From: Eukaryota sp. TZLM1-RC
Lineage: Eukaryota > Protista > Metamonada: BaSk clade
DNA length: 64,000 nt
Assembly: GCA_040285825.1 (NCBI GenBank)
Contig: JAUPSS010000008.1
Span: 186,001 to 250,000, forward strand
Direction: 5' to 3'
A program made the position numbers and the translations under genes. Each line of letters opens with the position of its first letter. Positions within the stretch are counted from its first letter, which is position 1. Shown here piece after piece: positions 9,452-22,212 of the stretch. A model generated the notes under the pieces. That model searched no databases. It saw only the letters and a list, made by a program, of their open reading frames with translations, and had not been told where the DNA came from.

Positions 9452-11475
9452 GGGAAAACTCCAAAATCCACACGTTTTTCAAAGATAGAACAAAATCCAC
9501 ACTTGCAAAACAAAATCCACACACTTTCATAGATTCACAACACAATCCACATTTCCTATGAACATTGATTTTAAACATCTTAGGAACGATGCAACATTGG
9601 TGGCAACAGAACACAAGACGTTTGAGTCGAGATTGGACTTACAGACCTTCTTACATCAACTTGCACTTCAATACAACAAGGAATTTACAGTTGCTCCCAA
9701 CAATAACAAAACGCGGTATGAGGTGAGGTGTACTGCTGCCGAATGTCCGTTCAAAATCATAGCTAGGGCACCAATAGATTCTGAGGTCTGGTGTATTACC
9801 AAAGCGGTCACCCATGCAGCAGGATGTGTAGCCTCTCCGAAGACCTATTTTCCACCAAAGATCATTGCATACATCTTAAAAGAAGACTTCAGGTGCGAGA
9901 GACCGTTTTCGCCCAAAGCGTTGGAAAAATCTAGCTCCGTCATCAAAAATGGTACATCTGCAGCACGGACAATTAGGGCTGCACAGAACTACTTATAGGG
10001 TGACAGGGAATCTTCCTATAGACTCCTCCCGTATTACTTTTCTGCTATATGTGAAAAGATGCCAGGAAGCGTGGCTTTTGTGAACTTCAATGAAGAAGGA
10101 CATTTTCATAGATGTTTTTTCTCTCTTGAAGCTTTTATTGAAGGCTTTGAATACACCAAACCACTGTTGGGATTGAATGGATGTCACATTAAGACTCAAT
10201 ATCTTGGTGTTTTGTTGGTTGCCACAACAGTAGATGCAGCTGGACATACTTTTCCTCTTGCTTTTGGAGTAGTTGAAAATGAACATTATGATTCTTGGAA
10301 ATGGTTTATAGAAGAGCTAAAGAAGGTTTTTGATTTGACTGGTATTACTGTCATATCTGATCGACAAAAAGGACTTATCAAGGCTGTTGGGGAAACGTTG
10401 CAAACCTCTCCTCATGCATTTTGTGTAAAGCATCTTGCCGATTATGCCAACGGTAAAGGTTCTAAAAAGACCCGACCGTTCATATTCCGATTGGCCAAAT
10501 GCGGTTCCATAGTTGAATACGAGAAACTGTTGCGTGAAATGACGTTAGTGAGTCCAGCTGCTGCAAACTACATCCGTAATACGGCTGAACCACACCATTG
10601 GGTTGAATATCAATTTCCAGGGAACAGATGTGGTCATGTTACCAGCAACATAGTTGAATGTGTAAATGCGTGCATTGCAGAAGCTCGTCAGCTTCCAATT
10701 GTACATATGTTAGAATCGATTAGGTCAATGTTGGCGAGATGGTTTATTACGAGAAGAACAGAAGCACGAAACTTATCATCAACTATTGTCTGCAGAGCAA
10801 ATGATATTCTGGAACAGAGACTGTTACAATCTCGAGATTTAAAAGCTGTGGAATTGGACCAAGCTAAATTTGAAGTGAGGGAGAACGGCACTGTATTTAC
10901 TGTCAATGTGGATTCCAACGAATGCTCATGTGGAGCTTTGGAAAAAGAAGGGATTCCGTGTGTGCATTTACTCGTACTTCTTTCAGCAAAGGAAGTAGAG
11001 GTGTTGAATTATGTTCTGAACTTCATTCAACACAGAGATTTCTCAAAACTTACAGTGGAAGAATACTCTCAGTGGACGACATAAAACTTCATTCGGTTGT
11101 GAAGCAGACGCTAGAAGACAAGATCGAATCAGATATACAAACTCAACCTCCAATTCCTACACCGCGAGCAGGAAGACCAGGAGTCGTTAGGAAGAGGAGA
11201 AGTAATGAACCAAGAGGACCCAACAGCCGTAGCGAGAAGTTTACTGATGCAGTTGAACCAGCGCCCAAACAACGACGCAAGTACACATGTAAAGTATGTG
11301 GTGTCGAAGGACATAACGCAAGAGGATGTCCCAACAAAGATAAAGAATAGCTAATAAACAAGATTGTGTGGATATTGATGTTTTTGGAGTTTCTGTGTGG
11401 ATTGTGAAGTCTTTTGATGAAAGTGTGTGGATTTTGCTCCATTTTGAAGAAAAATGTGGAAAATGAATTTATCCC
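9452..11475 (+). mobile_element. Mutator/MULE DNA transposon, full length, with frameshifted transposase
   Basis: Starts GGGA and ends TCCC; ~105-bp imperfect TIRs with internal AATCCACAC repeats; 9-bp TSD TAAAATATA at 9443-9451 and 11476-11484. Transposase pieces at 9558-9998, 10059-11084 and ~11050-11350 carry ISDRQKGL, CVKH, TSNIVE, a SWIM finger CSC..IPCVH and a CCHC knuckle. Confidence 0.95.
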
Positions 11476-11567
11476 TAAAATATAATAAAATAAAAAGAAG
11501 CACAGGTGAAAAGCACTCCTCAGCAACCAATATTCTCAACAAGTTACTATTATTGTGCAATTAGCCG

Positions 11568-13529
11568 ATGTCTCATACAAGACTCAATGCTCAAACCATT
11601 GCTCTTCTCAACAAGATTGCTTCAGAACGAAGGGCAACTCTTTCTTCTTCTTCTTCCAGAGCGAACAATAGACCCCCGTCAGCTGCTTATTCACATAGAA
11701 CATCTTCATTACGACCCACTACAACAGACATTCCCTCGAGAACACGATCAAGGTCTGTTGGGTCTCGTGCAGCCTCTTCATCATCGTTAGAACACCTTCC
11801 ACCATCACACACAAGTTCAACTATGGGAGTCACTGGTCGTCCTGTCGGAGTCAGTACATGTATTAACTTTGCTGACGATTCCTTCCACTCAAATAGGCCT
11901 TCTACCGCACCTAAAGATTCTCTTCCTTCCTCCCTTTCCGCTAGACGTTCTGCTGACGGTATCGTCTTTGCTGAGTCATCAAAGTATCCTGATGTCCCCA
12001 TTGTGTGCAGGACGTCATCAGCCAAATCTCAGTGTCCTGAACGCATTAATCTTGATAAAAGGAGATTGGAAGTGTTTCCTATTGTGGAAGGGGAACCTTT
12101 GCTGAAGTTGGTTAATCTGCAACATAATTCTATACCAAAAATAGAAAATCTGTCATTTATACAAAATATTATCTTTTTGGATTTGTACAATAATAAATTG
12201 ACAGAAATCTCTAATTTAGAAGATGTTGTCAATTTGAAGGTACTGATGTTGGGAAGGAATCAAATTAAAGAGATAAAAGGTTTGGAAATGTTGACTAAGT
12301 TAGATGTTTTAGACCTCCACTCAAATTTGATTGAAGAAATATCAGGACTTGACTGCCAAAAAGACCTCCGAGTACTAAATTTAGCTGGAAATGTTATAAA
12401 AGTGGTTGAAAACTTGGAAAATTGCCAGTCTCTAACTGAATTAAATCTACGAAGAAATAAAATAGCCACAGTCTCTTCAGTTGATTCAATTCCAAGTCTT
12501 TGTCGGCTATTTCTTTCTTCAAATTCAATAAGTTCTTTTAACAGTATTTATTCAGTTTTTCAATGTAAAAGTTTGGTTGATTTATCATTAGATGCAAACC
12601 CTATTTGTGAAGCTTTTGGTGCAGATTACAGATTCTTTGTTTTAAATCAATTACCACAGTTGAAAAACTTGGATTTGCAAGCAGTGTCTTATAGTGATAT
12701 ACAATCAGCAGCCAGACATGATTTTGAGCTAACTTTTGACCCTCAACATGATATCAAAATGGACGAAACAGATACAGGAACGTCTGTAACAGAAGCAGAA
12801 ATTTTTTCCAATGAGAGTGAGTCAGATGATGAATTGATTGGAGTTGAGGTTGTCGATTCGGTCATAAATATCACGTCGAGTCAGGGAATTTCGACACTTT
12901 CTGAATATTTCACCAAAATCTTGAATCAAAGTAATAGAACAATTCAGTTCAATGGGATCAAATTAACTGACTTTAAGGATTCTTGTATTAACGAAGTTAT
13001 CAATAGGCCTAATTTATTAGATACTGTTGTTTTTAATGACTGTGCAGTAGATAAGTTCTCTATTTTACAGACTTATAGTTTTTTAAATAATGTTTCGAAT
13101 GTGTGTATTGTTGGGAAAGATTTACTAACTAATTCGTCTTTATTAAGACCGTTTTTTGCTCTATACTATCCTAATATTAAAACTGTAAATAATGAAGTTG
13201 TTAAAGAATCTGATAAGAAGAAAGCACTGGGGTTTTTTCAAAGTCAACAAAAAACCAATCAAATGACTTTATCTGATAGACCAAAAGTTGAAAAGTACCG
13301 ACATCAGATTTCTATTCTTGTTGATGATGTGGTTAAAAAGAGTTTGGTCACTATGGAAAAATTAAATCAATTGGATAGTCTTTTGGATGAGTTTTTGACT
13401 GTTGAAGTCAATGAAATTCAAACAGACATTCAAAGACCGGTTGAAAGAATGATTGGTTCTTTGGTTGATGCTGAGCAACGAGGAAATTTCGCTATCCCCA
13501 ATGGTGTGTCAAACTTAGGTAAAAGGTAA
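11568..13529 (+). CDS. Leucine-rich repeat protein, LRRC49-like
   Basis: PERINLDKRRL..PIVEGE..LKLVNLQHN followed by SDS22-type LRRs and an LRRcap (NPIC..YRFFVLNQLPQLKNLD). Confidence 0.8.
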   Translation: MSHTRLNAQTIALLNKIASERRATLSSSSSRANNRPPSAAYSHRTSSLRPTTTDIPSRTRSRSVGSRAASSSSLEHLPPSHTSSTMGVTGRPVGVSTCINFADDSFHSNRPSTAPKDSLPSSLSARRSADGIVFAESSKYPDVPIVCRTSSAKSQCPERINLDKRRLEVFPIVEGEPLLKLVNLQHNSIPKIENLSFIQNIIFLDLYNNKLTEISNLEDVVNLKVLMLGRNQIKEIKGLEMLTKLDVLDLHSNLIEEISGLDCQKDLRVLNLAGNVIKVVENLENCQSLTELNLRRNKIATVSSVDSIPSLCRLFLSSNSISSFNSIYSVFQCKSLVDLSLDANPICEAFGADYRFFVLNQLPQLKNLDLQAVSYSDIQSAARHDFELTFDPQHDIKMDETDTGTSVTEAEIFSNESESDDELIGVEVVDSVINITSSQGISTLSEYFTKILNQSNRTIQFNGIKLTDFKDSCINEVINRPNLLDTVVFNDCAVDKFSILQTYSFLNNVSNVCIVGKDLLTNSSLLRPFFALYYPNIKTVNNEVVKESDKKKALGFFQSQQKTNQMTLSDRPKVEKYRHQISILVDDVVKKSLVTMEKLNQLDSLLDEFLTVEVNEIQTDIQRPVERMIGSLVDAEQRGNFAIPNGVSNLGKR

Positions 13530-13603
13530 TACATATACATTAATCTTGTTTTTCGAAAAAAAAGTAAAAAACTTTACATGAAACAAAAATATCTACAACT
13601 AAC

Positions 13604-15716
13604 CTACTCCAACTCTTCTGGAGAAACAACCATCCATTGACATAAACAACAATCTCTTCCACCAAGAGAATACACATAGTCATCATCTGGGGAGAAGCAA
13701 ACCCTTGTTAAATGAGCAGAATGTCCAAAGTTCATCTTTCGTTCTTGACATTCGTGTAGAACAGGGTAATTAAACAACTCAACTGTTCCATCATCCGTAC
13801 CAGTTACAATCAAATCTGATTGATGTGATTTGGCTACAGTATTGATATCTGTACCTTTCTGAGCAGCCTTAAAAATACCTTGAACGGGCCATCCTACAAC
13901 CAAGGACCAAGAGAACCAATCCTTATCGGCAAAAAATGAAGCTGATGTAACTTGATCACCGGTTTTAGCATTCCAGAACAAGTAGTCATAACCTCCACAA
14001 ATAGATTGAATGTAATTAGAACTGGTATCCCAATCCAGACTTCTGACATGAGCAGTGTGTCCAGAAAGAGAATGTAATACTTGGTAGTTGGAGTCCAAAA
14101 CATAGATTAATTGGTCATGACTTGCAGCTGCCAACATTGAACCATCAGGGGAGAATTTGAGATCAGAAATACCCACATCAGCAAACATTTTTGATAATTC
14201 ATTTGAAGTCGGCTTCTTAGAATTCAACTTTATAGTCTTTTTCAAAGAAAGATCCTTGCAATCAGACACAACCAAAGTACCATCAGCAAGACCACATGCT
14301 ACTTCATTTCCATCAGGACTGACAGCAACAGAGCGACAGACATTTGGGAGAATGATAGAAGACATTGTTTTACGTTCTTCCGTACAATACTTAATTAATT
14401 GACCACAATCACCAGCGGAAAACACCCAAGGTTCTGACGGATGAACGTCCATCCCCCAAGCTTCAGATAAAGTTTTCTTGGCTGGAGTGGGTAGTTTACC
14501 ATGACAATGAACAAGAGTCTTGGGATTGGGTTGCTCAGCGAATTCGTAATAATATATAGCTCCATTCTCACAGGTGAAACAAAGTCCTGTGGTAAGTGAA
14601 GTTGCAGATGGAAGACGCGTAATTGATCTGCAAGGGGCTGGTAATGTAATAGACGAAACTTCCTTGAAATCAGCAGAAAAGAGTTTGACAGTACAATCAC
14701 GACCACTAGTAATTACACCGTGCGAGTCTGCATGGAGACAAAGAACAGGACCTTTGTGGACATCGTAAGCATGAGTGACGACATTACTGTTCAAAACATA
14801 GAGCTGTCCTTTACTTGTTCCCATTACCAACCTTTGATCAGGAAGAGAGGCGCAACATGGGTTGGGAGTAACATCAAAACGACCACTTGAGCCACCAAAC
14901 ACCACTTTACGAATTGAGACGGATCCATCGTTTTCAATGGTGAGAATCCTTGCATAGTTGTGACCTGACAAAAGGAATTGGTTTTCACCAAAAGCGACCA
15001 ATTCGTAAGCCTTATTCCGTTCACCTCGTTGGATAGAGAGCTGAGTTCCCTGGGAAACATCATAAACAGCGATGCTATGGTAGTCATCATTACCAACAGC
15101 GAGAACTTTCTTTCCGGACGTATCAAAAGCCAGAGTTACCACACCTCTTTCAAGTGAGGTGAAGGAACAAACTTCTTTAAGAGAATCGGGATCCCAGACA
15201 CACACTCTTGCAAATTTGTCATTCTTACTTCGGACTTGGCCGGTGGCGACTAGAGATCGATCAGGAGATATGGCAAGACTCATAATATCATTATTATGTC
15301 CCCTAAAGAAGTTCTGGAAATTGGATGAAAGAGAAAGGACAACACCAACACCAGCAGCAGGATACACAATTCTATCATCATCAATAAAATGTACCATTGA
15401 GCGGATACCCTGTGTTGTTACCCCATAAATCTGTGGTAAACATCGTGGGTAGTCATACATAGTCAAGCATCAGCTCTTTGGAAGGAGGAGCGTTTTCTGG
15501 CCAATTCTCAGGATCTTTGAATTCAGCGGGAGTGCTACCTTTCATGGGACCAATCCATGGTCTGATTGCTAAGAAGTTTTCCTCACTTGCGTCTTCAGGT
15601 GCTTCTTCTTCTAAAAAACGTTCTTCTCCATCAGAAAAGTCACCAGGTAAAGCATCTATAATGTCGTCATCAAGAACAGAAGATTCTTTGGAAGGAGTGG
15701 AAGAACAGTTCCCCAT
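13604..15716 (-). CDS. EMAP-like (EML) WD40/HELP protein; join(15716..15459,15430..13604)
   Basis: HELP motif LMLDY|IYG is restored by removing a 28-nt GT-AG intron (15431-15458). WD40 repeats and GHSAHLT..FS. The N-terminus MGNCSS suggests myristoylation/palmitoylation. Confidence 0.9.
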
Positions 15717-15954
15717 TGTAATTATAGATATAGTTTGTGGATTTTTACTATGTTATAATTTCTTTCACCCTGACTTTGGTGGGCTATCACAATTCTTACT
15801 GATACTGTCTATAAAGTGTGAGATTATGGTACATAATTCAAAAATCATTTTCCTGATCACAAAACCAAAGCTGTTGCGGACAGGGGATTTGGTTTATTCA
15901 AACGCAATTCCAAAATCTGCAGATTTGATGCATTTATAATTATTGAATAAATAT

Positions 15955-16106
15955 TTCAATAGCGATGTTATTGAGGTCTATCACCGAAAGTCATTCAGGA
16001 AACAAAAATGGTAAGAGATCAATCGCACAAGATCTGAGGCGAAAATGATTCAGAGATTCAAATCAGTAATTGGTGATCCCAGTCGAGTTGTTATTGGAAT
16101 CGGAGA
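15955..16106 (+). pseudogene. Fanzor family-1 internal fragment
   Basis: Matches ~4225-4378 (INRTRSEAKMIQRFKSVIGDPSRVVIGIG). Confidence 0.85.
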
Positions 16107-16109
16107 ATA

Positions 16110-19100
16110 TTATTCTCACCCTCCTCTACAAAAAATCCGTGTAACTTGAATTCTTACAAAGCCGTGATCATTGTTTTTACTCTTTCATAATGATGCCTGA
16201 ATCTGTTTCTGATTCCAATAGAGTCAAAAGAAAGTATGATCGAACACAAGTTGCTGATGGTGTCCTTTCCACTTCTCCTCCCCACCCTCTTCCCTCTTCA
16301 ATTTTGGATAAAAAAATTTCTTATCAAGAAATTTCTGAAAATCTTGTTGAAAATAAAGATTGTTCAAGAATGAAGAAACGCTCTCACAAGTGTTCCAATT
16401 GCCGAAAAGAGGCACATAATGCTCGAACGTGCCCCAATGTGGAAGAAAATGATGTTGCAAATTCTGGAAAAAAATGCAAAAGAAAATTTACTAGAAGAAC
16501 AGCATCTGAAGAAAAAGCAATCAATCATCCGCCACATGTTGTTGCAAAACCAGTAAACAATCGTATCAAGCCCAAAAATTGCAGAAATTGTGGTGTTTGT
16601 TTCAGAAAAAATACAAAAGTTAAGACTGCAGATAGATGCTGGTAATGCAGAATAATCGACAATTATCACCCTCCCAAAATACTTTAAAAAAATACTTTAA
16701 GAAGTACATCCGTTGAAATGCAATGAATTTACCTTCCTTTTAAAAAGATTTTTGGATCAATTATGTAAGGGAAAGTATACTATCAGTTTTTTCTGGGAAT
16801 TATTTGGTTTTTTTGTGCTCCTTTTGAACAAAATTTCGTTGAAAATTCGGTAGATTTAACTAATAATGCACCAAGAAAACTGTAATCTGAGAAATTGAGC
16901 AAAATTTTTGAAGATAAATGCTTTGATAACAAGTGGACTAGTGCTTTGTCTATTTTAAATCCAGGAGTCCAAGTTCCCAATAATCAACAAACTGTTGATA
17001 AACTCAAGATCCTACAACCATTTGAAGACCCATTAAGAGATCAAAACTATTGTGGAGATTATTGGAAAAGCAATCCATTGATGGCATGAGAAGTTTTTTC
17101 AATAATCAAAAAGAGACCACATAAAAAGTCTGCAGGTCATTCTAATCCTTCTATAAATCAAATCAAAGATGCGGTAATCTCGTCAGAAGATTGTTTAGTT
17201 TTATTAACAATTTGTTAATAGAATTTTATGTGGTGAACTCAAATTTCCTGAAGAATTAAGATGTTCACGTTTGATTGCATTTGTAAAGAAGTCAAAAATG
17301 GTTGTTCGAATAATTACAGATTCTGAAAGTTTACGCAATATTTTTTCTGCCTGGTGCTTAAATATATTCAATGAAATAGCAAAAACAATTTTGTTGCCGT
17401 TTCAATATGGAATCACTACCACTGATGGAGTTGCTTCAGCAGTATTTGTTACAGATGTTCTATTTCATCAAAATGAATCCAATGGTTGTATGTCGTTGGA
17501 TTTTAGCAATGTATTCAATTCACTCAGTCGTTGCAGTATTTATGGTACTTTGTTACAATATTTGCCGGAATTAATGCCTTATTTCCAATCAACAAATAGC
17601 ACAAATTCTAATTTGCATTTTGGTAATTCTTTTTTGAAATCATCAAGTGTTGTAAAGCAAAAAAAATTCTTTAGGACCTCTTTTGTTCTGTTTGGCCATT
17701 CATCCTATTTTATTACAAATTCAAGAGATGTTTCCTTCGCTAAAAATGATTTGATATATGGATGATGTTGTTCTTATAGTTGATTTAAAGATTGTGAAAA
17801 AAGCAACTGTATGTTTCAAAGAACTATTTAACAAAATTGGCCTCCAACTTAATTTACTGAAATGTGTTTTACTTTCGAATTCTCCAGTTGCTACAAAAGT
17901 TGATGGTATTGAAATTCAAGTTAAATTATAATCAATTGATGATATTCGTCATTTGGGTTTCTTTTTAGGATATAATGATGAAATTACTAATGAATTGTTT
18001 GAAAAGTTGAACTCATTTTCCGAAACAATTGACCGAATGATGACTTTAGCTATACAAAAACATATCAAATTTACTATTATAAGACTGTGTTTTAGTTCGA
18101 ACTTTAATCATATATTTCGATCTACAAATCCTCTCGTCACTAGGCCTTTGGCCCAGAAGTTTAATGAATTACGTGCATAAGTTCTGTCACAATTACTGGG
18201 ATGTAAAATGTTCCAAATTCCAGACCATGCTTACCTTAGTCCACATTATGGCGGTTTAGGTTGGACAAAGGCTTCAATTCTTACTTCATGTGCTTTTATC
18301 GGTGAATGCAGAGATGTAATATATGAGTTTTCCGAAAGATTTGTCGATTGGGAAGATTTATCAATGACAACACAAAGTTCCACTGTTTTTGCATTAAATG
18401 AAGAAATTTCGAAAATTGATGTATAAAAATGGAGTCTTTGCTTTCCCTAATCATTCAATGGTACTATTCCTGAAAACAATTTTTTATATTTAAAATACAC
18501 TCTTCGAACATTACAGAAACGATTGACTGGAATGTATGAAAATGATCTTTATAAGAAAATAAGCAGCTCGGCTGTTTTAAATCAAGATCTTCACTCATTG
18601 TTATTGGAAAAGGGTGTTTGTGACAACAAGTCGTCAGATTCTTCACTTTCTGTAACCATTGTACCACGAAGATTTGGATTGTGTGACACTAATGAAGCAT
18701 TTGTAGCAAAAATGAGATTATATTTGAACATCCCCATTAACCAATTATTATCAAAAGAAAAATGTATTTGCTCAAATTCACCTCAATTCACTTTGCGCCA
18801 TGCTCTGAATTGCTCTAATTGTTAACTTATCGTTCTTCATTACATGATGCTGTTAGGGACACTGTTTTCAATATGGCACAAACTGCAAGGATATCGTGTA
18901 TCAAAGAGCCCCTGCTGAAGGAAACACTTTCTCTGAATAATTTTGCTTCTGATGATAGAGGTGATGTATGATGTGATTGGATTGATAATTCTGAAGCTAT
19001 TGTTGAATTTGTCTCATGTAATGTTGCAAATGATACTTTGGTTCACAGAAGAAAACTTAATCCTGTGGCTGCTCTGGATTTTAAAGCAAAAGAGAAACAT

Positions 19101-19450
19101 AGAAAATATGATAAAGATATTGAAGAGGCTAATGCTGATAAAAATACACAGCTGGTTTTTATTGCTTTCCCATTTTCGATAAATGGAAGATTATCAGTTG
19201 AAGCAGAAACTTTTTTGGATGACTTCCAAAAAATGGTGCAAGAAAAAACAATGAAAGGATTTGATATTTTTTTATGGCGTTCACGGATTCAATTTGCCAT
19301 TATTAATAGATTACCTCGGTTTTTCAATCGAATAAGAGAAGCTCTAGCCTACCAGCAAGCACATCAAGATTTTGTAGAGGAAATCTTGGTTCAATGAAAT
19401 TCGTCCCATTAGTTATGAATTTATTTTTATCAAGTGTGCGTGTTCAAAAA
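16110..19450 (+). mobile_element. Near full-length degenerate RLE-type (CRE-like) non-LTR retrotransposon, family A
   Basis: N-terminal CCHC knuckle CSNCRKEAHNARTC; RT motifs QYGI, LDFSNVFNS and YMDD; C-x-C..H..C finger; HDAVRD; RGD endonuclease region; family 3' UTR. Many stops and frameshifts. The 5' boundary is approximate. Confidence 0.88.
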
Positions 19451-19487
19451 AATAGAAATTTTAAGGTTTTTTGCAATTGACCAAACA

Positions 19488-20789
19488 ATGTTCAAGCTCC
19501 TCAACGACTTCTCCACCTCTTCTCCTGATGTGAAGTGTAATTATTACCATATTTATGAACATAGACTTTCTCATTTTCAACATCGTCTCCTCAAGTCTTC
19601 CTCTGTCTGGACAGTTCGCGAAAAATCCCCTAAAATTATCCACAGAGTGCTTGATGTCATTAACAGTCCATGCATCGCCATCGGCACACTCTACAAAAAT
19701 CCTCCAAACAGACCCAACGTTTTGGCACAATTTGAACTTGATGCCAATATTGCTGAAGATTCAGTATCCACTACACTGACACCAGACCAACACCGACAAA
19801 CCTTCTTTTCCCTAGAAGATTCTTCAGGGTCGGTTTCTCTGAAGTTTGAAGACCCCTCTATTGGGGATGGTTTAGTTTCTGGAGTGTGTTTAGCAGTTCT
19901 CGGTGAAGAGTCTCCAGATGGAGAGTTTTTTATTGTTAAAGACATCCGATTCCCTGCTCCTGTCCCTGGAAGCTTTCCACCTCCTCTTCCTGTTTCTGGA
20001 AGTTCCAAATACATTGCTTTTGTTTCAGGACTTGGATTACAAGACCCTGACTCTGATACTGCTTTGTGTCATGCATTTGCTGATTTTGTATCTGGACTAA
20101 TTAGTAATTATTTTGATATCAGTCGTATTGTGGTTGCTGGTGGTTTATTTCAATCTAAAGACAACTCTAGTGGCCATTCAGCTCATTTGGAATCTGTGAA
20201 GGGAGCCAAAGGAGTCTCAGTATCTGATTGGCTTACAAAATTGGCCAAATCTTGTCAAGGAAGATCAAAAGTTGATGTGATACCCGGTATTTTTGATCCT
20301 TCTCCTTGTTCTCTCCCACAGCCCCCTTTCTTCAAAGGACTACTTCCCGATATTGAAGGGGTTTTTCGATGCAGAAATCCCTATTCTTTAGAATATGCTC
20401 CAACCAGTGATCAATCTTATTCAGTAATCGGATCCAGTGGTCAAATCATTGCCGACATGTGTAGGTACTCTTCCCTGTCACCCTTGGATGCTCTCAAGCT
20501 TTGTCTTGATTGTGGTCATATAGCTCCCACTGCTCCAGACACTCTTGATATGGTTCCCTCCTCTTCTGATCCCCTCGTTTTAGAAAGAATTCCCAGGGTT
20601 CTGTTCAGCAGTGGTGATTCCTTTGCCAGTAGTAATACAAAGATTGAGACGAAAACAGATGAAGGAACGTGTCAAGGAGATGTATCATTGTTTATTGTAC
20701 CACATTTTCAAACTAGTCGTTCATTTGTATTGTTAGACTTGAGTTCATTTGAGACAAGGGAAGTGTGTATTGAATCTTTAAACTATTAG
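19488..20789 (+). CDS. POLD2: DNA polymerase delta small subunit
   Basis: IGTLYK, LEDSSG, FVSGL, DPSPCSLPQPP, GSSGQ and HIAPTAPDTL motifs; first ATG at 19488. Confidence 0.92.
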   Translation: MFKLLNDFSTSSPDVKCNYYHIYEHRLSHFQHRLLKSSSVWTVREKSPKIIHRVLDVINSPCIAIGTLYKNPPNRPNVLAQFELDANIAEDSVSTTLTPDQHRQTFFSLEDSSGSVSLKFEDPSIGDGLVSGVCLAVLGEESPDGEFFIVKDIRFPAPVPGSFPPPLPVSGSSKYIAFVSGLGLQDPDSDTALCHAFADFVSGLISNYFDISRIVVAGGLFQSKDNSSGHSAHLESVKGAKGVSVSDWLTKLAKSCQGRSKVDVIPGIFDPSPCSLPQPPFFKGLLPDIEGVFRCRNPYSLEYAPTSDQSYSVIGSSGQIIADMCRYSSLSPLDALKLCLDCGHIAPTAPDTLDMVPSSSDPLVLERIPRVLFSSGDSFASSNTKIETKTDEGTCQGDVSLFIVPHFQTSRSFVLLDLSSFETREVCIESLNY

Positions 20790-20854
20790 ATTGTTTTCAA
20801 ATAATTTAAATAAACAGATGAATTATACAATAGACCATATATTTTCAACTAAAA

Positions 20855-22212
20855 TTACAACGATAATCGTGAAAACCTCTTGCTGAGGCTACTTTCTTGA
20901 CCACCTACAGGCCTACGATGAGCACGTGCTTCACTCTTCATTGTGGATCTGGGTGGGGTATCAAGAATTGAAGCATTGGGCGGCTTTAATGTGGATCGTG
21001 AGAGAGGACTGGCGGCACTGACATCATTCGTTATGGCGAGATTCTGGCAGTTGGCAACAGGAGAATGAGAGACAAGAGGTGATTGACTTTGGCTTTGTTT
21101 GTTTCTACCAAATTTGTGTAATTTACGTTCCATTTCACACAGAAAGTTCTGTTGTTGTGCAATGACAGAACCCGGACGAGCTATTCTCAGATAGCCAATA
21201 ACTTCAATAGCTGTCATAAAGTAGTGCTGCATCATCCAACATCCAATTAATGTTCCAGTTCTTCCCAAACCTAATGTAAGTCATGAAAAATCATCAAAAA
21301 CAATACCCGCTTTGCAATGGACAGCCACTGCACCTTCAGCGTTATCAACAATGTTTAAAAACTTCTTCAACAGAGCATTCTCAGGCAACCCCCCGTCAAC
21401 AAAGTAAAGTGTATGGTGATTAATTCCCTCAGAGGTGAATCTTGTGGCAGGATAGCATTTCTTATTTAATCGAACGACTTCTGTTATGTTGTGCTTTTTG
21501 AAATAAGGAATATAGTGACGAGGTGTTAGGGTTGAATAGCCAAGATTTTGTTGTTCAGAAGGACCGGCAAAAGCAAGTATTTTTCCAGGAATTATCCAAT
21601 TCATGTCTCCTAAAATAAATCAAAATGCATCAAAACAAACCATTTTCTACTCGACTATAGAACTCATAACTTTCAGTATCAAAAGAGTCAAGATCGATCA
21701 GTTCGAGTTCTTTAGCCTTCAACAGACCTCGTAAACAATCAAGCACTGTGAGGTTAAATGTAGATAATCCTGCAGAAGCATCTCTAAATGGAATCAAGGC
21801 TGGACGTAGTAATGTAAAGGGGTTAAATGATTCTTCTGGTGTTCGTCCTAGACAGAGAAGTGAATAAGCAGCCATTAGGTACACTGCATTTTCACGTTTA
21901 TTTTGATCACAAGCTGTGCAGTAGTAAAGTTTTTGAGATTTATGTTGAGGGTCCGATAATAAGGCATTCATATCTCTGCAAAACTCAATAGTATGACCAA
22001 GATGTAGCGGACCGAAATCGTAAACAAAGGGCTCATAGATTCTTGTGGTATCCGTGGTGAAAAAGTGACATTCATTAGATGCCGCAGAAATCAAAACATC
22101 AAGGGAGAGAACCTTTTTACGTTGAACAAAGAAGTACAGGCGATATAAGATTAGAACAGACATTGTTAAGCAAACCCTTGATGATCTCGATACTGTTACT
22201 GAGCTGCTCCAT
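20855..22212 (-). CDS. CDC14: Cdc14 dual-specificity phosphatase; join(22212..22176,22144..21641,21609..21307,21270..20855)
   Basis: DFGPL, FRDAS, ENG|DMNWI, HCKAG|LGRTG and RPGSVI motifs. Introns of 31 nt (GT-AT), 31 nt and 36 nt restore these motifs. Confidence 0.92.

Noticed and set aside
16190-19397. Stop-codon reassignment to explain broken ORFs
   Set aside because: Host genes end in TAA, TAG and TGA and have no internal stops. The breaks are confined to TE copies and include frameshifts.
19434-19487. GTG/TTG starts in the ORF track (also 33750 and 3491)
   Set aside because: This is a eukaryotic locus, and some of these upstream extensions run into TE sequence. The first ATG was used for host genes.
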